From contig JBIJBE010000013.1 of the NCBI GenBank assembly GCA_044345405.1, positions 1 through 64,000 of the forward strand: a DNA stretch of 64,000 nucleotides. The letters are read 5' to 3'. Positions 58,543 through 64,000 of this stretch are shown piece by piece. Position numbers and translations under genes: made by a program. This DNA comes from Bdellovibrionota bacterium (GTDB taxonomy: Bacteria; Bdellovibrionota_C; UBA2361; OMII01). Under the pieces are notes generated by a model. It searched no databases. It worked only from the letters and a program-made list of their open reading frames with translations, and was not told the DNA's origin. The first letter of the stretch is position 1. Each line of letters starts with the position of its first letter.

Positions 58543-60579
58543 ATGCCAACATCCCCCCTCCTCAACCGTACTTCCGAGATACCTTTCGACTCCTTCACAG
58601 CGAGCGAGATTCAGCCGAGCATCGATCGTGCTCTCGCCCTCGCAAACTCTGAACTTGAGGCGATTAAATCTATTCAGGGCCCTCGCACCTTCGAGAACAC
58701 GATTCGCGCGCTAGACAATCTGGGGCTCACCTTGAATTACGCGATGGGGATCGTCTCTCACTTGGAATCGGTTGCGACCACAGCTGAGTGGAGAACCGAA
58801 TACAACGCGGTACTCCCACGCGTAAGTGAGTTCGGATCAAAGCTCCTCCTCGATGAGGGATTATGGAAGGCTCTTAAGGAATACGCGGCGACCCCTGAGG
58901 CGAGCCAACTTACCGGCGAGCAGAAAAGGTTTCTCGACAAGACGATCGCTGACTTCCGTCGCAGTGGAGCGGACCTCCCCCCCGAAAAAAAACAGGAGCT
59001 CGCGGCGATCAACACTGAACTAGCGCAGATCACGAACAAGTTCTCGCAGAACGTTCTCGACGCCACCAACGCCTTCGAATACGTAACAACCGATGAGAAG
59101 GATCTCGCCGGTCTCCCTGAGAGTGCTCGCCAGATGGCTCGCCAGTCAGCTGCCTCAAAGGATCGAGAGGGGTGGCGCTTTACCTTACAGGGGCCAAGCT
59201 TTATGGCGGTGATGACCTACGCCGATTCGCGGGAGCTTCGCGAAAAGGTATACCGCGCGTATAACACCCGGTGCACCTCCGGAGATCTCAATAACGTGGA
59301 TATCCTCCATCGGATCCTTGAACTTCGAGCCGCAAAAGCGAAGCTTCTCGGATTTAAAGACTTCGCCGACCTCGTACTCGAGGACCGCATGGCGAAGACC
59401 GGGGACCGAGCGTTTACGTTCGTAAACGACATGCGAGGGCGGATAACCTCACACTTCCGCAATGACCAAGAGGACCTCACCACCTTCGTCAAAAACGAGC
59501 TCAAGGTAGATCCGAGTGAGATGCAACCGTGGGATGTCGCCTACTACGCGGAGAAGATGCGACTCGCGCACTACGACTTCGACGAGGAGGAGCTTCGTCC
59601 CTACTTCCCGCTTCCCAAAGTCATGCAAGGACTCTTCTCAGTTGTGGAGAAAACCTTCGGTCTTACCGTGCGCGAAAATACGGGATTAAAGGCGTGGGAC
59701 AAGCAGGTGACGACCTACTCCGTGTACGACTCGAAGAGCAACGAGCTGCTCGGTCACTTCTACTCCGATCTCTTCCCTCGCGAGAACAAGCGTGGAGGAG
59801 CGTGGATGAACGGGTTCGTTACCCACGTGAAGCACAACGATCCACTCCCTCACGTTGGCTTGATCGCGGGCAACTTCACCCCACCGACTGATTCAACTCC
59901 GTCACTCCTCACACACGATGAGGTAACGACCCTCTTCCACGAGTTCGGTCACCTTATGCACCAGCTCTGCTCTCGCACTGAGATGCGAGGCTTAAGCATG
60001 GATGGCGTGGCGTGGGATTTCATCGAGCTTCCATCTCAGATACTTGAGAACTGGTGCTGGGAGCGTGAAGCGCTCGATCTCTTCGCGGCGCACCACGAGA
60101 CGGGAGAGAACCTTCCGAACGATCTCTTTGAAAAAATGACGAAGGCGAAAAACTTCCGTAGCGCCTCGCACATGATGCGACAGCTCGGATTCTCGACGAT
60201 CGACTTTAAGCTCCACCGTGAGTACTCGAAAGAGAAGGACGGCCCGATCCTCGACTACTGTCGTGAACAGATGAACACCTTCGCGGCGCTTCCGCTGCCG
60301 AAGGACTACGGCATGATCGTTGGCTTCACGCACCTCTTTAGCTCCCCGGTGGGATACGCCTCAGGGTACTACTCGTACCAGTGGGCAGAGGTACTCGACG
60401 CGGACGCCTTCTCTCGATTCAAGCGAGAAGGATTCATGAATCCGAAAACGGGCGCTGAATTTCGAGATAAGATCTTGAGCCGGGGAGATACTCAAGATCC
60501 CGGAGATCTCTTTAAGAGCTTCATGGGGCGGGAGCCGGACGCTTCGGCGTTGTTAGAGCGGTCGGGATTGCTCGCCTAA
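58543..60579 (+). CDS. prlC: Oligopeptidase A (M3 family)
   Basis: KRGGAWM, TLFHEFGH, DFIELPSQ and GYYSYQWAEVL. Confidence 0.93.
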   Translation: MPTSPLLNRTSEIPFDSFTASEIQPSIDRALALANSELEAIKSIQGPRTFENTIRALDNLGLTLNYAMGIVSHLESVATTAEWRTEYNAVLPRVSEFGSKLLLDEGLWKALKEYAATPEASQLTGEQKRFLDKTIADFRRSGADLPPEKKQELAAINTELAQITNKFSQNVLDATNAFEYVTTDEKDLAGLPESARQMARQSAASKDREGWRFTLQGPSFMAVMTYADSRELREKVYRAYNTRCTSGDLNNVDILHRILELRAAKAKLLGFKDFADLVLEDRMAKTGDRAFTFVNDMRGRITSHFRNDQEDLTTFVKNELKVDPSEMQPWDVAYYAEKMRLAHYDFDEEELRPYFPLPKVMQGLFSVVEKTFGLTVRENTGLKAWDKQVTTYSVYDSKSNELLGHFYSDLFPRENKRGGAWMNGFVTHVKHNDPLPHVGLIAGNFTPPTDSTPSLLTHDEVTTLFHEFGHLMHQLCSRTEMRGLSMDGVAWDFIELPSQILENWCWEREALDLFAAHHETGENLPNDLFEKMTKAKNFRSASHMMRQLGFSTIDFKLHREYSKEKDGPILDYCREQMNTFAALPLPKDYGMIVGFTHLFSSPVGYASGYYSYQWAEVLDADAFSRFKREGFMNPKTGAEFRDKILSRGDTQDPGDLFKSFMGREPDASALLERSGLLA

Positions 60580-60905
60580 TCATCTCATTCGAAGCTGTCC
60601 CGTGATGTGACTCGACATCGACAGTAGGGCCCAACGCCAGGCGGGCCGTACGGCAACGTGCCTTCACATGCATTCGCATCGGACGACGAACGACACGAGC
60701 CGCTAGGAGTGGGTCACAACGTTCTACTAGTCAGGTCTTCCGACGTGAGCCAATCCACCCACGCCCTCGTACGCACACAGATTCTCCATAGTTTCCAACC
60801 GCTTAAACGACCGATGTGACGCCTCACAAAACGCTCCGCCGCATGCGTCATCAGCTCCGCCGAGCGCCATAACGATCTTAAGAGGTTAGGAGTTTCGCTT
60901 CTCAG

Positions 60906-61934
60906 ATGCTCTGGAATCACATGGCGATCAAAAAGCAACACACAGCACCGCGCTTAATCAGACACCTACCCTTGATCACGGTCGCAATCCTTCTGAGTGG
61001 AGTGTATGTCGCGGCTACCGAGCGCTCCGCGACTTCGCCCTTCACCACACCTTCAAAGCTCAACTCATCCACCATACGTTCTCACCAACGCCAGGTCTCA
61101 CGAATGCATGCGCGGATTCGCGCGATGAGACCTCACCTCAACGGAAACTCAGGAGAGGGATGCTTCGCGACAACAGAGGGAGAGGCCCGAGGAAAGTTGA
61201 TACAATCTTTGCGTGAGGCCGAGCCGGGCCTATGGGATCCCACGACCGACTTCTCAAGCTGGCTTCCCTCCGCGAGCTCCTTTGTGTGTACCGATGGGTT
61301 GCGTCAGGAGGAGGTAGCCGGAATAACGGCTGCCTTGAATGCGCACACTCACGTTAGGCCGCGACTGTCCATCAACGTTGAGGTTGAGAACGCGCCTGAA
61401 CCCGACGAAGCGCATTCCATTATCCAGGCTTACCTCGGTCAAGATCGATATCGTGAGCATGTAGCCGCATGTCTCGGAAAAAACCAATCGAACAATCGTG
61501 AATCTAACGCGAAACTTAATCAGACGATGGCCGAACTCCTCCACCTATCTCGTGAACAAGAAGAGGCGTTAAGACTGTTGCAGGCGAGATTGACAACGCT
61601 TGCTCCCGGCCCATTCATGCAAGCCCTTGATGAACAGGGTGAGTTGGTCGTCCTCAATGAACAGCCCGAAAGAGATATGGGCGAGGAACTACGGGAGCTT
61701 CTCTCAATTTCTGAGCGTGGATTTTCTATCCTTAGCGAGGAGCAAGCGCGCGCGTATAGAGAGTTCGCCACCGGGAGCGCGTATAGTGAGGTGCTGTCTC
61801 AATATAAGCTGACACAGGTCTTCCTCCCCATCCCCGAAGAGATCCGCGAGATGATCAAGAGCAACGAAGAACTGATAAGGCTCAATCAGGCGGAGGAGGA
61901 ACAACGACAGCAGACTCCAACGATTGGCAACTAA
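60906..61934 (+). CDS. Hypothetical exported or membrane-anchored helical protein
   Basis: 342-aa ORF with N-terminal hydrophobic LITVAILLSGVYVAA; start uncertain. Confidence 0.6.
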   Translation: MLWNHMAIKKQHTAPRLIRHLPLITVAILLSGVYVAATERSATSPFTTPSKLNSSTIRSHQRQVSRMHARIRAMRPHLNGNSGEGCFATTEGEARGKLIQSLREAEPGLWDPTTDFSSWLPSASSFVCTDGLRQEEVAGITAALNAHTHVRPRLSINVEVENAPEPDEAHSIIQAYLGQDRYREHVAACLGKNQSNNRESNAKLNQTMAELLHLSREQEEALRLLQARLTTLAPGPFMQALDEQGELVVLNEQPERDMGEELRELLSISERGFSILSEEQARAYREFATGSAYSEVLSQYKLTQVFLPIPEEIREMIKSNEELIRLNQAEEEQRQQTPTIGN

Positions 61935-62035
61935 GCCCCGGAATACTCTGAGGCACATCAATGTTTCAGAAAAGCTTCCTACAGGCTTCCTTTCGGGATG
62001 ACGGCACCTCCTTAGGAATCCCCTACAGCGCGAGG

Positions 62036-62467
62036 CTATGGGACCCTCTTTCCTCGACCTAGAAATGTAAGGTCGGCTTTAGCGTCGGCCTTTTCCTTCG
62101 ACCCACTCAATGTGGTCGTTGTAATTCCCTGAGTACCCCGGTCGGCATACACGAGATACGCTTTCCCTTTCACAAAGAAGTTGCTTCCGAGGCCGCAGGT
62201 AGCATCATCAAGCGATGTCATTACGGTGCGAACGCTCTTGCGAGAACCTTTCCACACCCGGCTCACTTGAAACGTAATCGTTGCGCGGGACCTCGATTCA
62301 TCGATCGAGACACTTCGGACGCGACCGAGAAAGATGTGATCGGCATGGCCCTGGAGATACTCCGGATCGGAGGAGTAGTCCGGAAGTGGCATGCACGCAA
62401 CCGCGCTACGAAGCGTTGCACATGAAAGGAGAGCTACCAGATAGATGAAGCCCCTGCGAACGACCAT
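62036..62467 (-). CDS. Secreted TIMP/NTR-like (OB-fold) hypothetical protein
   Basis: Signal peptide followed by ACMP...ADHIFLGRV...VSRVWKG...CG...GKAYLVYA. Confidence 0.6.
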   Translation of the reverse strand: MVVRRGFIYLVALLSCATLRSAVACMPLPDYSSDPEYLQGHADHIFLGRVRSVSIDESRSRATITFQVSRVWKGSRKSVRTVMTSLDDATCGLGSNFFVKGKAYLVYADRGTQGITTTTLSGSKEKADAKADLTFLGRGKRVP

Positions 62468-62783
62468 ACGAATCCCCTCCAGAAAAGCGACACCACCCGA
62501 CGGTGCGCATGAATGATGCTCCTTGGAACCGCGACGGTGTAACGCCGCCATTGTCGGCCCCTTCTTCACTTAATTGTACCGAACGGTCGATGTTCACGTC
62601 GATCTATATCTTGGTGACCCTGTAACCTAGTCCCTGCTCAAGCGTTAGGCGGCTTGACAGTTGCAACCGACAGTCATTTTGCTGTCTTAGCCGAGCTACT
62701 TTTTCTCGCGCTAGCCCGAACAGAGGGAAAAGACTCACCCCGGGCCCTGAGAAACGTATCAAAGCTCCTAGGACAGCACATCC

Positions 62784-63419
62784 TCAATCAGCAAGAATCG
62801 CATACCGTTTGTACATTCCGTGTTCATCAAACCAAATCAGGAGCCACTCCGAATCGACCCCAAAAAACGACGCACGCTCGGGCCCGGTAACATACAACAG
62901 ATCGCACCCTACGGATTTGAAATACTGGGTATCGTCCCCCTTCCCTAACATGTACTCAACTTCAGCTCGGCTTTTACCCGGCAGATTTTTGACGACATCA
63001 CCAAGCATCTTTTGTCGGGGAGTGATGAACTGCCCTTGACCGAAATCCGAGCCAGGCTCTGACCAAACCTCACGAGAGAACAGAGCCTCGTACGACCCGC
63101 GCGGCAACTGATAGGGGAGAATACGATTAAGGGCCAAAAATGCCACCAGCATAGAGAGTCCGGCGATCGCGGTATTCCCCGGGATCCTCGTCCATGCTCC
63201 GATCGGGCGCTTACGCCCTTTCGCGACAAGCAATTCAATCCCACCCCACATCGCAAGCAGGAGGAGCAACGGTACCGTCAGAAGAATGGAGAGCTGTACC
63301 GCACAAACATACCAGGTCGCGTCAAAAGCCGGAAAAACTAGGGCGGGAGTGAATATGAAACCGAAATAAAGAGCGAATGCGATAGTCACGAACCACCACG
63401 CTTTCGACCATACCCTCAT
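62784..63419 (-). CDS. Hypothetical membrane protein
   Basis: Three N-terminal TM segments and a soluble domain RQKML.D...GKSRAEVEYMLG...DSEWLLIWFD. Confidence 0.7.
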   Translation of the reverse strand: MRVWSKAWWFVTIAFALYFGFIFTPALVFPAFDATWYVCAVQLSILLTVPLLLLLAMWGGIELLVAKGRKRPIGAWTRIPGNTAIAGLSMLVAFLALNRILPYQLPRGSYEALFSREVWSEPGSDFGQGQFITPRQKMLGDVVKNLPGKSRAEVEYMLGKGDDTQYFKSVGCDLLYVTGPERASFFGVDSEWLLIWFDEHGMYKRYAILAD

Positions 63420-63613
63420 GATGATCTCCCACTTTTCAGCCGTAGACGACGGATCGGGCCCTCCCCTGTGGTGGTCCTGACCGTCTTGAGGAGTACCACA
63501 CCAAAGAGGTCACCAAAACACTGGAATAGGGTCGTGACGCTCGACGAGGATACGCTACCACCCTGCTAGCAGGAACCCAACGCTTCCGATATCGTCGGTA
63601 TACGGTGAAAGCA

Positions 63614-64000
63614 ATGCGCTCATATACTCAAGCAACGGTGTCGACACTACCGAGCAGAATAAACAACTTCCATAAGCGCTTACCTCGAGCCCTCTGCGCG
63701 TTGATCTTAATCGGCTTCGCCGTTTCTTCGGCAGGGTGCGGCGGCAGGGGTCTTCAAACAACGGGCGAGCCTCTCGTCGCAACGCTTTCAAACGCGAAAC
63801 TATGGTCAATCGGAATCGCGCAGGGACCAGATCTTGTCACACTCTCTGAGCGAAGTGTCCCCACGAACCCGGTGCTCTCATGGCGAGACATTCGTCATCC
63901 CGATGTCGCGTTTGTCGCCGATCCATTTCTTATACGGCAAAACTCCACGTGGCACCTCTTCTTTGAGCTCTTCAATACGAAGAGCGGCCGGGGTGAGCTC
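63614..64000 (+). CDS. Putative lipoprotein with GH43/GINT1-N-like beta-propeller, 5' part only (runs off the right edge)
   Basis: Hand translation: ...ALCALILIGFAVSSAGC (lipobox)...LWSIGIAQGP...NPVLSWRDI...AFVADPFLIRQNSTWHLFFELFN..SGRGEL. Not in the ORF track; start uncertain. Confidence 0.75.
   Translation, partial: MRSYTQATVSTLPSRINNFHKRLPRALCALILIGFAVSSAGCGGRGLQTTGEPLVATLSNAKLWSIGIAQGPDLVTLSERSVPTNPVLSWRDIRHPDVAFVADPFLIRQNSTWHLFFELFNTKSGRGEL

Noticed and set aside
63555-63809. 84-aa minus-strand ORF as a gene
   Set aside because: It lies antisense to the better-supported plus-strand lipoprotein CDS starting near 63614.

Overview
A 64-kb bacterial chromosomal window from a diderm organism. 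Gene content suggests a deltaproteobacteria-like or Bdellovibrionota-like lineage, but this is inference only. I saw no rRNA, tRNA, CRISPR array, integrase or transposase. The left part (1-12.8 kb) is an envelope-glycosylation island: three paralogous polytopic membrane proteins, a polyprenol-phosphate GT2, AftB-like and ArnT-like GT-C enzymes, a GT9 and a methyltransferase. Two more GT-C-like genes lie at 30.4-34.6 kb. Housekeeping genes include xseAB, a PDH E2 subunit, lipA, an RsmI-like methyltransferase, nusB, ribBA, nrdR, glyA, acpP, fabG, plsX, rpmF, gabD, tdk, nadB and prlC, plus a six-gene Alternative Complex III operon (actABCDEF). The main highlights are: (1) a single 1908-aa ORF fusing a TamB/AsmA-like region to about six POTRA domains and an Omp85 barrel; (2) an expanded set of GT-C-like membrane proteins, with a 13-bp G-tract tandem repeat upstream of one paralog; (3) an ActB that keeps the FS0 cysteine motif; (4) a coupled GNAT-like/amidohydrolase gene pair next to a LysM-GH108 muramidase whose ribosome-binding site sits in a perfect hairpin; (5) a fab/rib superoperon lacking many usual members; and (6) several candidate structured RNAs. 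Two edge-truncated CDSs absent from the ORF track were read by hand. All family calls come from motif recognition by eye; no searches were run.
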